From the IMG/VR virus record IMGVR_UViG_3300031758_000006: DNA of 64,000 nucleotides, one strand, 5' to 3'. This document shows, piece after piece, positions 28,124-37,829 of the stretch; positions within the stretch are counted from its first letter, which is position 1, and each line of letters begins with the position of its first letter. The position numbers and the translations under genes were made by a program. The stretch is from a virus. Below the pieces are notes generated by a model. It ran no database searches. It was not told the DNA's origin and saw nothing but the letters and a program-made list of their open reading frames with translations.

Positions 28124-29332
28124 CTAATAAATCTTATTTAAAACTAATATTTCAGTAAAAATGAAATTAGCTGCGTTTGTTGAATTGAACTGTGCTGTAA
28201 TGTCAAGTTGATTTGGGATTGTCGTATCAAAAGTAGTTTGATTTAAAGTACTAAAATTATCACCTTCAAAGGTACCACCGGCATTTTGTGTAAATGTAAA
28301 GAAACCCGAAGATTGTATTTTTGCATTTCCAGCAGTACCCACAGCTCTAATAGTAAATGTTACTTCAAAAGAAAAATGTGATGACGTAACATTTGGCATA
28401 TTAAGTGGTCCAACAACACCAAATTCAGCAGAACCTGATTTTACTCGTAGTGTTAAATCGTCACCATTGTTAGCACCTAAGTCACCGGATACCCTAACAA
28501 CAAAAGAATCACCAACAGAAAATCCGTTTGTTGGAACGTTTAATGTACCCACACCAGGTCCAATAATACTTAATTCTGATGTTGTGCCAGATACTGTAAT
28601 ACTATTTCCTGTTTGAGCATATAGACCAAAAACTGTTGGTCCAGGAATTGTTTTATATTTTACCATTCCAGATATGGTATCCCTAACTAAATAATCGGTA
28701 GCGGTTTGGTCCTGTGGTGGTGTATTCTTTATCAATAAATTATTTATATGTACCGTACAAGCTGATTGTGTTGATATGTTACTTCCGATTACTGTTGAAA
28801 AGTTATGATTTATCACGTTTCTACACCCTCCGACTATTGTCGAATAGCAAGAGTTTATTATATTCCCGTTAGCCAGTAATATTGACCCCCCACCAACAAT
28901 TGATGAAAAAGTACCATTAACAACATTTTGTATACCACCACCAATAAAATTATAATTACATAAAGTTTTATTACCCAACGCTGGACATGATCCACCACCA
29001 CCGGTTATCACGGATCTGTCCCCACTGACGGTGTTAAATCCACCTCCACCAACAAATCCAGCTAAACCTAATACAGTATTACTGATACCACCACTAACGA
29101 CAGAACAATTACCGGATGAGTCTGATGATGTCCCAATTCGTTGTGTTGAGTCCGTTCCGGGTCCAACTTCATATAATGTTGTTCCGGTAAATCCGGATAT
29201 TACTTGTTCAATTGTAGCTTTATATGAGGATCCAGCTGGGTTTCCTTGTGATATGTCGGTTGGTATTACGATGTGTATAAGATCGTTTAATGTTACACCA
29301 GAAGCTAATGTTTGGTCAGTTAAAAAAGCCAT
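28124..29332 (-). CDS. Tail fibre-like protein with Gly-rich beta-roll repeats
   Basis: repeated S.V.GG..N units; TATTTAT upstream. Confidence 0.7.
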   Translation of the reverse strand: MAFLTDQTLASGVTLNDLIHIVIPTDISQGNPAGSSYKATIEQVISGFTGTTLYEVGPGTDSTQRIGTSSDSSGNCSVVSGGISNTVLGLAGFVGGGGFNTVSGDRSVITGGGGSCPALGNKTLCNYNFIGGGIQNVVNGTFSSIVGGGSILLANGNIINSCYSTIVGGCRNVINHNFSTVIGSNISTQSACTVHINNLLIKNTPPQDQTATDYLVRDTISGMVKYKTIPGPTVFGLYAQTGNSITVSGTTSELSIIGPGVGTLNVPTNGFSVGDSFVVRVSGDLGANNGDDLTLRVKSGSAEFGVVGPLNMPNVTSSHFSFEVTFTIRAVGTAGNAKIQSSGFFTFTQNAGGTFEGDNFSTLNQTTFDTTIPNQLDITAQFNSTNAANFIFTEILVLNKIY

Positions 29333-29353
29333 GTTATTTTTATTTTATAAATA

Positions 29354-29656
29354 TTACTGGAAGTCATAAATATCCCCAGACATAAAATAAAACTCAGTAC
29401 CGTCTTGGAATAGTTTTTCTGGGTCAAAGTTTTCACAATACAAAATATGGAATCTTTCACAACCGTCACTTGTGATAATTTTTAAACCGATAGCTGGTGC
29501 GGTGTCAAAAGATGGTGGTAAAATATAACTAACTATTGGTGGTACCGTACTAGTCAAATTATCCAATGAAATACAGTCATCACCAAAAACATTACAGACG
29601 TAGATCATATAGTTTGGTCCCAAACCGGTTATATTTGTTATAATAACTTGTGTCAT
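29354..29656 (-). CDS. Small Cys-containing putative virion accessory protein; paralog of 19707-19928
   Basis: start reassigned to MTQVIIT (TAATG overlap with upstream stop); IYVC...C...P..F...LKIITSDGC. Confidence 0.75.
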   Translation of the reverse strand: MTQVIITNITGLGPNYMIYVCNVFGDDCISLDNLTSTVPPIVSYILPPSFDTAPAIGLKIITSDGCERFHILYCENFDPEKLFQDGTEFYFMSGDIYDFQ

Positions 29657-31848
29657 TATGGAATTGTCGTTGTGGTGGTTATTGGTGGTAGTCCACAATC
29701 AATACATGATATATCATAAACTATTTTCAAGTTAATAATAAAATTAGACCCATCGTATTGGTTAAATGAATATGGTTGACAAGATTCTTGGATTTCGGCA
29801 CAATCGTTATATATTATAATTTCATTATTATTTACATCAAAATCAACATTACCAACACCTGGGAATTGTTGTAAAGTTTGTCTAACAGTATCTAGATATT
29901 GTAATTCGGTTGGGTAATCTGTAATTCCAGATGAGGTGTAGAACGTATTTTCAATCACGCTGTCGTCAATTTTAACCTCAACAATAAATTGAGCTGAGTT
30001 GATAATACATCCATAGTCGTTCAAAGTTAGATCATAAAAACCTTCATTAAACATTTGTAATATCCCCCGTTTACCTAATTGTCCGGTGTTTTTAAAAACT
30101 TTTTCACAAACCGTATATGTTTCATATGATGATACCAATTTAGTACCTTTTAAAATCACTGATTTAGTCAGTGAACATCCGTCCGAATCAACTACTTGTA
30201 GGGTATATGTACCCGCTGATAGGTTATTTATTGATGGTGTTGTTTGACCACCTGGTGACCAAAGATATGTAAACGGTGGTGAACCACTGGTTATCATCGT
30301 TGATATTTGACCATCATTACCTGTTACCGGATCAAACGGTAATAGAGTGAAAAATACATTTTGACTTGGGTTAACGTAGAAATTGGTTGTTTGAATACAT
30401 CCAACTGAGTCTAAAACATAAGCGGTGTATGTTCCAGGTGCTAACCCGTTAAAGGTGTTTGACACTTGGTATGGGTATGTAACGGGACTACTAGTTGGTC
30501 CAACAACTTGGTATGTATATGGGATAATCCCCCCAGTTGTAGCTATTATTTTAACTGACCCATTATTAAGTCCACAGGTTGTATTTGTTACGGTGGTGTT
30601 GACTCTAAATTTGTCAACATTTTTAATTTCAATTATTTCGGTATATGTACAAACACCATCATCAATTATCAATGTATAAATTCCACTGGATAATCCGTTA
30701 TAGTTAAATATTGTATTTTCATTAATGTCAAATACAGTATTCCCAGAGGAATCGATTAATTGGTAACTATATGTTCCGGATGGTACACCAGAATTTAGTG
30801 TAACACTTATAGACCCGTCTAAATTACTACAAAAAGAATTTGTTACCGTGATATTTGTCACACTAAAACTATTGGTGGTAATGACGTTTGTTGATCCAGA
30901 TGTTGCACAAAATCCAGAATCCTGGACAAACACATTAAATACACCTGACGACACATTTGTGAATGTATATGATGTTGAGAATGATATTATGTTTTCCCCG
31001 TTGGATCCTGAGTAGAAGAATGGTCCGGTTCCACCCAATAACTGTACTGTCACGTCACCATCACTACCAAAGCAACTGGGTTGGGTAGCTGTTATTAACC
31101 CAATACTCACATTATCTACTTTTCCAACACCTGTAATATTAGTTACGGAACAACCAAGTGAATCCGTAACTGTAACTGGGTAAAACCCTTCTGTTAGTCC
31201 GGTAATTGTTGATCCGGTTTGACCAATACAACTATATGTGTATGGTGGTGTGCCTGTAACCCCAGTTATATATATTTTACCATTTGGTATTCCAGAACAA
31301 CCATAGTTATCAACAACATATGTTCCAAAATTAAGGGTATTTGATGTGTATACTAATACGGTTTCACTTGTTCCGGAACATCCACCCTCATCACTTACTG
31401 TGACATAATATGTGTCAGCTGAAACTGGGTCAAATACCGCAAACGTACCACCATTTTTAACATCTAAAACATTACCTGATATATCATATAGGGTATAACT
31501 GTTAGACCCAAAAACTGATTGTGTTGTAGCGGTTATAGATCCGTTGTCATTCCCACATGTACTACCACTGGATGATAGACTTACGGTTATACCACTGGAA
31601 ATGTTAAACCCATATATACTTGGTGGATCTGGTGTAGCGTCTTGTATGTATACAAAATAACTAAACCCAGTTAGATTATTAGCTGAATAACCGGTCACAC
31701 CAACAGATGTTGGTAATAACCCAGTTGTTGTAGCTTCGTACACAGTGAACGTTGGACTATCCCCAGCTATATCAAATGATACCGCTCCTAAACCACTGTT
31801 GGTACAGTCCCCGGTTACGGATAAGTTATATATTGAAATGAATCCCAT
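29656..31848 (-). CDS. SprB-repeat structural protein
   Basis: about six G.I....G..PYTY...T..L..G.Y.V.V.D..GC repeats; C-terminal PPITTTTTIP. Confidence 0.8.
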   Translation of the reverse strand: MGFISIYNLSVTGDCTNSGLGAVSFDIAGDSPTFTVYEATTTGLLPTSVGVTGYSANNLTGFSYFVYIQDATPDPPSIYGFNISSGITVSLSSSGSTCGNDNGSITATTQSVFGSNSYTLYDISGNVLDVKNGGTFAVFDPVSADTYYVTVSDEGGCSGTSETVLVYTSNTLNFGTYVVDNYGCSGIPNGKIYITGVTGTPPYTYSCIGQTGSTITGLTEGFYPVTVTDSLGCSVTNITGVGKVDNVSIGLITATQPSCFGSDGDVTVQLLGGTGPFFYSGSNGENIISFSTSYTFTNVSSGVFNVFVQDSGFCATSGSTNVITTNSFSVTNITVTNSFCSNLDGSISVTLNSGVPSGTYSYQLIDSSGNTVFDINENTIFNYNGLSSGIYTLIIDDGVCTYTEIIEIKNVDKFRVNTTVTNTTCGLNNGSVKIIATTGGIIPYTYQVVGPTSSPVTYPYQVSNTFNGLAPGTYTAYVLDSVGCIQTTNFYVNPSQNVFFTLLPFDPVTGNDGQISTMITSGSPPFTYLWSPGGQTTPSINNLSAGTYTLQVVDSDGCSLTKSVILKGTKLVSSYETYTVCEKVFKNTGQLGKRGILQMFNEGFYDLTLNDYGCIINSAQFIVEVKIDDSVIENTFYTSSGITDYPTELQYLDTVRQTLQQFPGVGNVDFDVNNNEIIIYNDCAEIQESCQPYSFNQYDGSNFIINLKIVYDISCIDCGLPPITTTTTIP

Positions 31849-34800
31849 TAGTTATTACATAATATATTAAAGTTTATACCGACATTAATTTCAATTGTGT
31901 CTGTTGGGTCAATTGGTATACAGTTATTATTATACACCGAAACCGTTTCCTTTGTTTGGTCAATGAAATAACTTAATCCGGAATCCTGTAATTCATCAAG
32001 TGCTTCACTTAGAGCGGAAACCCACTGTTGATTTGTTGGTATACTACTTGAATAAGTTAATCCATACCCAATATAGAATGGGTATACATTTAATATAACA
32101 CCACCAATTCTAATGTCAACATACCAATTAGTCTCCAGTGTTGATAAAACACAGTCATTATTTAAATCCAACCCATTGTTGATGGCGTATGTGTTAAGTG
32201 TGTCCGATAATACAACCCCAAATGATGTTGTCAAACTATTATTACTCCAAGGATATAACCCACACTCAATAAATTGTGTCGGACAATCATAAACAAATAT
32301 TTGTCCCGTAATCTTACATGAGTTACATGGTACTGGTAATAATTGACATCCAGCTTGTCGTCTCCAAACAAATTTTTGTCTGTGGAATATTGAGTTTTCC
32401 AACCTAACCCCCCCATTCCATAATGTTGTAGCTGGTACCATTTGTTCTACTAATCTTAACCAGTAGTCACCTAAACCATTAACATAGTCTATCATGGTTC
32501 TATACGTAAAATTATCATTAGGAACATTTATAGATTCCTGTGATTCTAGGTATCTCCAATATATAGACTGTAGTGTTGGGTACCCCCCGGTTTTACCGTC
32601 GTTAATATATTGTCTATTCCTAACATTTATCGTATTTTTCCAAAATGTTTGAGCGAACTCAAAGAATGTTTTTTGTTTTGGTTTTGGGATTATTTCAGTC
32701 CAATCAATACCACCTCTTTGTGGATATGGTGTGTTTGGATTCGGATTACAGTACGTCGGTTGGATGTAGTTTAATCCTTCCTCTGGGATTGGGTAGTTAT
32801 ATTTTCTTGACATTGACCATACGTCATAAACCAAACCTTGTGACGGGTTTAGAAATATATCCACATTTTTAACATTTAACACCAAGTTTTCGTCATAAGC
32901 TATGTAATAAGCGTTAAAGTTACCATCACTAGTATTTCTTAATGGACCAACATCATTTGACCAACTTTTATTATTATCTATTGTTTTTCTAAGTCTAAAT
33001 CCTAGATCCATATATGGAAAATCCCTATATCGATTTAAATATTCTTCACCATAATTAAATGGTTGTAGTATTGTTTGGTAATTCGGATTAGATCCGGTAA
33101 AAACACTATTTGTTAGATCCACCTGTTCTGGCATTCTATGTTGTGGTGTAGACTCAAACCAACCACCCCCTTTTTGGAAGAAGAAATTTTCGGAAAATTG
33201 TGGGTTTGTCGGGTAACCATTTTCATTAATCGGGTAATCTAAAATAGTTGTCTGTACGTCTGAACTAATCAATGAAGTTGTAAATCCGGTATATTTAACT
33301 CCCATGATCGAGAATATATCTGTGGTGTCCAATACTGGTAATTCCTGGACATAAGTTCCACCGGAAATTTTAGCGTACTGTACACCGAATTCATCCATGT
33401 CAATTTTTTGATCAGCTAAGTAAACATGTTCATTAAATTCAACTAAAGCTTCTGGAGCTCCTACTAGTCTTAATAAAATTTCAATTGACTTTCTGGTTCC
33501 TTTAGATTTGAATAAATAAGCCGAATTTAAAATTAAATTCCTGTAGTATTGGTAATTAAGTTCGTCTGGTGTCATACCTCTTGACCATCCAGTAAATTCA
33601 TTTGACCCAGTGTTAAATACTGAGTTTAAAAGTTCATCATTACTTATTGGTGATATATTTGTTTTCCAACCTAGTGTTTGCGCTAAATTCTTTAACAATT
33701 GTGATGGAATATCATTACCAATATTATAATTAACTGAATTCATATTTGATAGAGCTGATATAAACATTTTTGTTTCATCAAAACTTCTACCGTATATCTG
33801 TAATAGTTTTTCAAATTTTTGATCCGAGGTGTCAAATTCCTTTAAAGCTCCGGTGGTTAAAAATCTAGAGATTAAGTTTGTTCTATACTCATCTAATAAA
33901 TTTGTGTATTCATTTAGTTTACCTAAATATTCGTCAAACTTTCTAGTTTTAATATCTAAGTTCCATGGACCTTCCTTGGGGAATGTTAAAATTTCATTTG
34001 TTATACTAAAAGATCCGTCATCATTCTCTTTAGGTAGTATGAATGTCGCGGTATACTCTGGTACAACCATTCTGTTTAGTAAGAATTTTTCAACCTCATC
34101 AAAATCTTCGTTAAATGATTTATTTGTGGTTAACTTATTTGGTCTTAAATTGTATGGGTCTGTAATTGTTGTATTACCAGAAAAAGGATTTCCAAGAACA
34201 ACAACAGTTAGTTTTGTGTCAACTGATGGGTCAATCGGTGAGTAATAAACTATTGGATATTCATTATCATAAAAAAATAGTGAATATTTTAGGTAATTTT
34301 TTGTGAAGTTCCTAAGTGGTGATACTTCTATTTCCTTTAACTCAAAGTTTCTATCTGCGTTTGTTGTGTAATCAATATCAAATGTGTTATATAAATTATC
34401 TAAATTAATATCGAAAGTTGTTTCGTTTTCAACTTGATCATAAACAATGTTAAAAGCACTGTAATATGTACCAAAATTTGGTTGTTGGCTATATACTTGT
34501 AAAGCAGCTGGGAAGTAATTTATTATTTTTGTTATCGAAACTGACATTCTTTTACTTAGTGACCCATATAGTGTGAAGTTACTAACTTGTGATAAATCAA
34601 AATTTGGATAAACTCTAAAATTTTTAGCTAGTATTGTTCTAGACTCCTCAACACTATCGATATTCATTGAATTTAGTGATATTGGGTCGGAGAAAGCTCC
34701 TATTGTGAACGTCCTATCTTTTTTCTCACTTAACGCGGTGGTAAATTCAAAATTAGCTTGTGTTAAACCACCTCCAGCTACTAACTGGAACCCAACCAAG

Positions 34801-34865
34801 TTGTCCGAAAACGAACCTTCCCCGCTTGGTAATTGTGGTGGACAAGTATATTTTTTTATAGCCAT
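31848..34865 (-). CDS. Baseplate wedge/tail protein (P2 gpI / T4 gp7-like segment)
   Basis: LLKNLAQTLGW and YLFKSKGTRKSIEILL motifs; baseplate context. Confidence 0.6.
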   Translation of the reverse strand: MAIKKYTCPPQLPSGEGSFSDNLVGFQLVAGGGLTQANFEFTTALSEKKDRTFTIGAFSDPISLNSMNIDSVEESRTILAKNFRVYPNFDLSQVSNFTLYGSLSKRMSVSITKIINYFPAALQVYSQQPNFGTYYSAFNIVYDQVENETTFDINLDNLYNTFDIDYTTNADRNFELKEIEVSPLRNFTKNYLKYSLFFYDNEYPIVYYSPIDPSVDTKLTVVVLGNPFSGNTTITDPYNLRPNKLTTNKSFNEDFDEVEKFLLNRMVVPEYTATFILPKENDDGSFSITNEILTFPKEGPWNLDIKTRKFDEYLGKLNEYTNLLDEYRTNLISRFLTTGALKEFDTSDQKFEKLLQIYGRSFDETKMFISALSNMNSVNYNIGNDIPSQLLKNLAQTLGWKTNISPISNDELLNSVFNTGSNEFTGWSRGMTPDELNYQYYRNLILNSAYLFKSKGTRKSIEILLRLVGAPEALVEFNEHVYLADQKIDMDEFGVQYAKISGGTYVQELPVLDTTDIFSIMGVKYTGFTTSLISSDVQTTILDYPINENGYPTNPQFSENFFFQKGGGWFESTPQHRMPEQVDLTNSVFTGSNPNYQTILQPFNYGEEYLNRYRDFPYMDLGFRLRKTIDNNKSWSNDVGPLRNTSDGNFNAYYIAYDENLVLNVKNVDIFLNPSQGLVYDVWSMSRKYNYPIPEEGLNYIQPTYCNPNPNTPYPQRGGIDWTEIIPKPKQKTFFEFAQTFWKNTINVRNRQYINDGKTGGYPTLQSIYWRYLESQESINVPNDNFTYRTMIDYVNGLGDYWLRLVEQMVPATTLWNGGVRLENSIFHRQKFVWRRQAGCQLLPVPCNSCKITGQIFVYDCPTQFIECGLYPWSNNSLTTSFGVVLSDTLNTYAINNGLDLNNDCVLSTLETNWYVDIRIGGVILNVYPFYIGYGLTYSSSIPTNQQWVSALSEALDELQDSGLSYFIDQTKETVSVYNNNCIPIDPTDTIEINVGINFNILCNN

Positions 34866-35773
34866 TACGGAATTATATTAGAAAAACTTTTACTAAAATC
34901 AATATTACCCCCTCTATCCTGTCTAACCTCATAAAGTAGGTCGTTAAATTGATCTCTAATCTCATAAAGGTTGTATTGTTTGTAAATATTGTTATTTTTA
35001 TCGTACATCGTGTAGATCCCGTCATCAATAGATTTCGTTTGATTACCGAACATAGCGATAGCTAATGTTGATATATCGTGTTCAACTATTTCAATTTCCG
35101 TCGTTATTGGGTTAAAAAATGTATTTGTTATTATGATGTTTTGATCTGGTTGACCAATAAATGGTGTAGCGTTAGGTTTGTTAGTTGGTGATGATGATGG
35201 TGATAAGGTACAGAATACTAAATTTGTGGTACCCTCAACATATCGATATCTAATTGATTTTTGTGACGTGTTTGTTAAATTTTGATAGACCGGTTCACAA
35301 TAAAATGATGAGGTTATAATTCTAAAAAAATTAGGGATTTTTGTACCGTCGGAATTTAAGTACTCAACTCTAAACCCAACCAAACCTTGATTAATAAATT
35401 TATTCCTATATTGTGTGGGTACGTTATTTAAATCAATAACCAAACCTTTTACATTCGGTAAAGATGATAATATTCCACAATCGGTTATTACCGTTCTAAT
35501 TTCAGCTGGTCTAATGTAAAGTGTGTAGATACCCAATCTATTAAACACGTCAGCTGGTAATTTTAAATTATATAATCCACCCAATATCTCAACATTAGTG
35601 TTCCCACCTGTTAAATTATTATGAAAATATGGTCTCAAAATGGTACTAGCGTCCAATTTTTGTAATATGAAGTTGTCGGTATCATCCCTACTAGGAGTAT
35701 AATTCAATATAATCTCAACGTCGTCTGGACTAACATCCGCACTTCTTATTGTTCCGTAATTACCTGTTGCCAC
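34865..35773 (-). CDS. Putative tail/baseplate protein (GTG start)
   Basis: 302 aa, coupled into structural block, TATTTAT upstream. Confidence 0.65.
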   Translation of the reverse strand: MATGNYGTIRSADVSPDDVEIILNYTPSRDDTDNFILQKLDASTILRPYFHNNLTGGNTNVEILGGLYNLKLPADVFNRLGIYTLYIRPAEIRTVITDCGILSSLPNVKGLVIDLNNVPTQYRNKFINQGLVGFRVEYLNSDGTKIPNFFRIITSSFYCEPVYQNLTNTSQKSIRYRYVEGTTNLVFCTLSPSSSPTNKPNATPFIGQPDQNIIITNTFFNPITTEIEIVEHDISTLAIAMFGNQTKSIDDGIYTMYDKNNNIYKQYNLYEIRDQFNDLLYEVRQDRGGNIDFSKSFSNIIP

Positions 35774-35809
35774 AATTAATTTGTTTTAATTTTAGTTTAT
35801 TTATAAATA

Positions 35810-36985
35810 CTAATTATAGTCATTTTTAACTTTGAAAAACCCATAACCGTATTTAACTAAGTCACCCAGATTATCTACCTCCCCCAGTCTTTCAATATAT
35901 TCAAGAGCGGTCAACTTACCCCTATCAACATACACGTTTGTTTGAACCTCTGGTTGGTCAATGATGTTAAGGTAACTTTCATTCTTTGTAATCGCTGACA
36001 ATATCATGTCATTTAACGTCAATCCAGATGATTGTGTAATGTATAATGTAGTTCCATCCTCGTAGTCATAATAATCAATATCACTTATGGTGTAAGCGGT
36101 ATATGATCCACTTGGGTCCGGTCCCCAATATATCCCAACATTACCTGATGTTCCAGTTACTGGAATACCCAATTTAAATTTACCCCCATATAGATTATAC
36201 TTGGGTCCATACTGTATTAAGTCATTAACTGTTGATTCTGTGTATCCAGTAACGAGAAATGGTACAGATATGTAATTACTACTTACAAAGTCATTTATAT
36301 TTGTATTTGAGTCCCCTGTAAATATATAATCATAACTTATTGGGGTTCCAGACCAATTACCACCTGATGGGGTAAATGTAGCGGTTCCCTGTGGGTTAAA
36401 AGGTACAATATTTGTAAAGGGTACTGTTACCGTTTTTGATACAGTTGATATCCCCCACGGTGAAGTAGCGGTCATAACAATCGTAAATGTATCATTTGTC
36501 AGTGGGTAAACATGTGTTACTGGTGTTGTTCCACTAATAGGTTGTGACGTTCCATCACCCCAGTCAATAACATATGTCACCAATTCCAAAAACTTTTTAA
36601 ATTCTAAGTCTGATGTATTATATAGGGAATATGTGGTTGGGGACATTGTGGATCCTGAAAACAAAAAGTTTTGAATAACATCTTTCTGTAATACAGCTCC
36701 GTCAAATGTTGAGTAGTACCCAATGTCAATAGCTGTTTGGGTGAACATTATTGGTATGGTTAATCCGGTCAATAATGATGTACCTCCAGTACCCCCACTT
36801 AATATGTTGGTCATACCAGTATATACACCGGTGGTTCCGGTTAGATATTCGGTGGTCGAAGCTGTAAACAAACAACATGGGTCAATAGTGTAAAACGTTT
36901 CACCATCACCGGTATATGTTACCGTAATTAAATCACCCTTTATATTTTCAGGTGATATTTTAAAATAATACTTTTGTTCTTCCAT
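35810..36985 (-). CDS. Putative structural protein with PKD-like segment
   Basis: IDWGDG...THVY, Thr/Gly-rich. Confidence 0.65.
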   Translation of the reverse strand: MEEQKYYFKISPENIKGDLITVTYTGDGETFYTIDPCCLFTASTTEYLTGTTGVYTGMTNILSGGTGGTSLLTGLTIPIMFTQTAIDIGYYSTFDGAVLQKDVIQNFLFSGSTMSPTTYSLYNTSDLEFKKFLELVTYVIDWGDGTSQPISGTTPVTHVYPLTNDTFTIVMTATSPWGISTVSKTVTVPFTNIVPFNPQGTATFTPSGGNWSGTPISYDYIFTGDSNTNINDFVSSNYISVPFLVTGYTESTVNDLIQYGPKYNLYGGKFKLGIPVTGTSGNVGIYWGPDPSGSYTAYTISDIDYYDYEDGTTLYITQSSGLTLNDMILSAITKNESYLNIIDQPEVQTNVYVDRGKLTALEYIERLGEVDNLGDLVKYGYGFFKVKNDYN

Positions 36986-36986
36986 A

Positions 36987-37829
36987 TTATGGGTTTACGT
37001 ATTCATACCAATTAATCTGGTTTATCAGTATTCCACATCTAGTGTTGTTATCAGTTCTAAAAACTTGGTATGTTTTTTCATCATAATTTAACTTAACCTT
37101 ATAATAAAAATATTGACCATTATCAAAATTAAATTTATTTGGTGTTATTAAACTTTGTGGTTTGTTAGTCATTCTAATAAATGTACCCAATTTAGCGTCA
37201 AAAAATTTAGCTGACATATAAAACTCATCGATATTAATGTAAGACCTGTCTCTTAACCAATAAATAAAAAATCCTTCCTTATCACCAACATAATCTAAAA
37301 CAAATTGTGGTTTTTTTATATCTACGTTTGGTTGTAGTGGGTTAATTGATACCGACTCGGTTAGACCTTGTTGTACTGGTATTATTATCGTCAAATATAT
37401 TTTTTGGTTTTTTTCGTCATTAGTATCATATAAATCCAATTTAAAAAATGACTTGGTAAATGGTTTTTTAAAGTAATATATTTCTTGTGGACTAAAGTCC
37501 TCATAAATGTAACTGGTCCCCCAATCAGTTGGTGTGACCGTTGTGGCGGTTATTGGTTGTAGATCCTTATAAAAATTAAAATTGTGGTATATTTGTGTAG
37601 CTTTTTTATTAATAGTAAAAATGGGTGTGGATAAAACAAAATTCCACTCGTCATGACTAAACCTGACCGTTTCAAAATCTTTAGCTATACCAATAACTTC
37701 CTTGACCATTTCGGTTTCGTATTCCTCAACACTTTGATCCCTACCCATAAAATCCCAATTCATTTCAATTGGTATATTTATTTGGTTATCAATATTATCC
37801 CTTAAAATTTTATATTTATTCACAATCAT
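36987..37829 (-). CDS. Putative structural protein
   Basis: 280 aa in tail block. Confidence 0.65.
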   Translation of the reverse strand: MIVNKYKILRDNIDNQINIPIEMNWDFMGRDQSVEEYETEMVKEVIGIAKDFETVRFSHDEWNFVLSTPIFTINKKATQIYHNFNFYKDLQPITATTVTPTDWGTSYIYEDFSPQEIYYFKKPFTKSFFKLDLYDTNDEKNQKIYLTIIIPVQQGLTESVSINPLQPNVDIKKPQFVLDYVGDKEGFFIYWLRDRSYINIDEFYMSAKFFDAKLGTFIRMTNKPQSLITPNKFNFDNGQYFYYKVKLNYDEKTYQVFRTDNNTRCGILINQINWYEYVNP

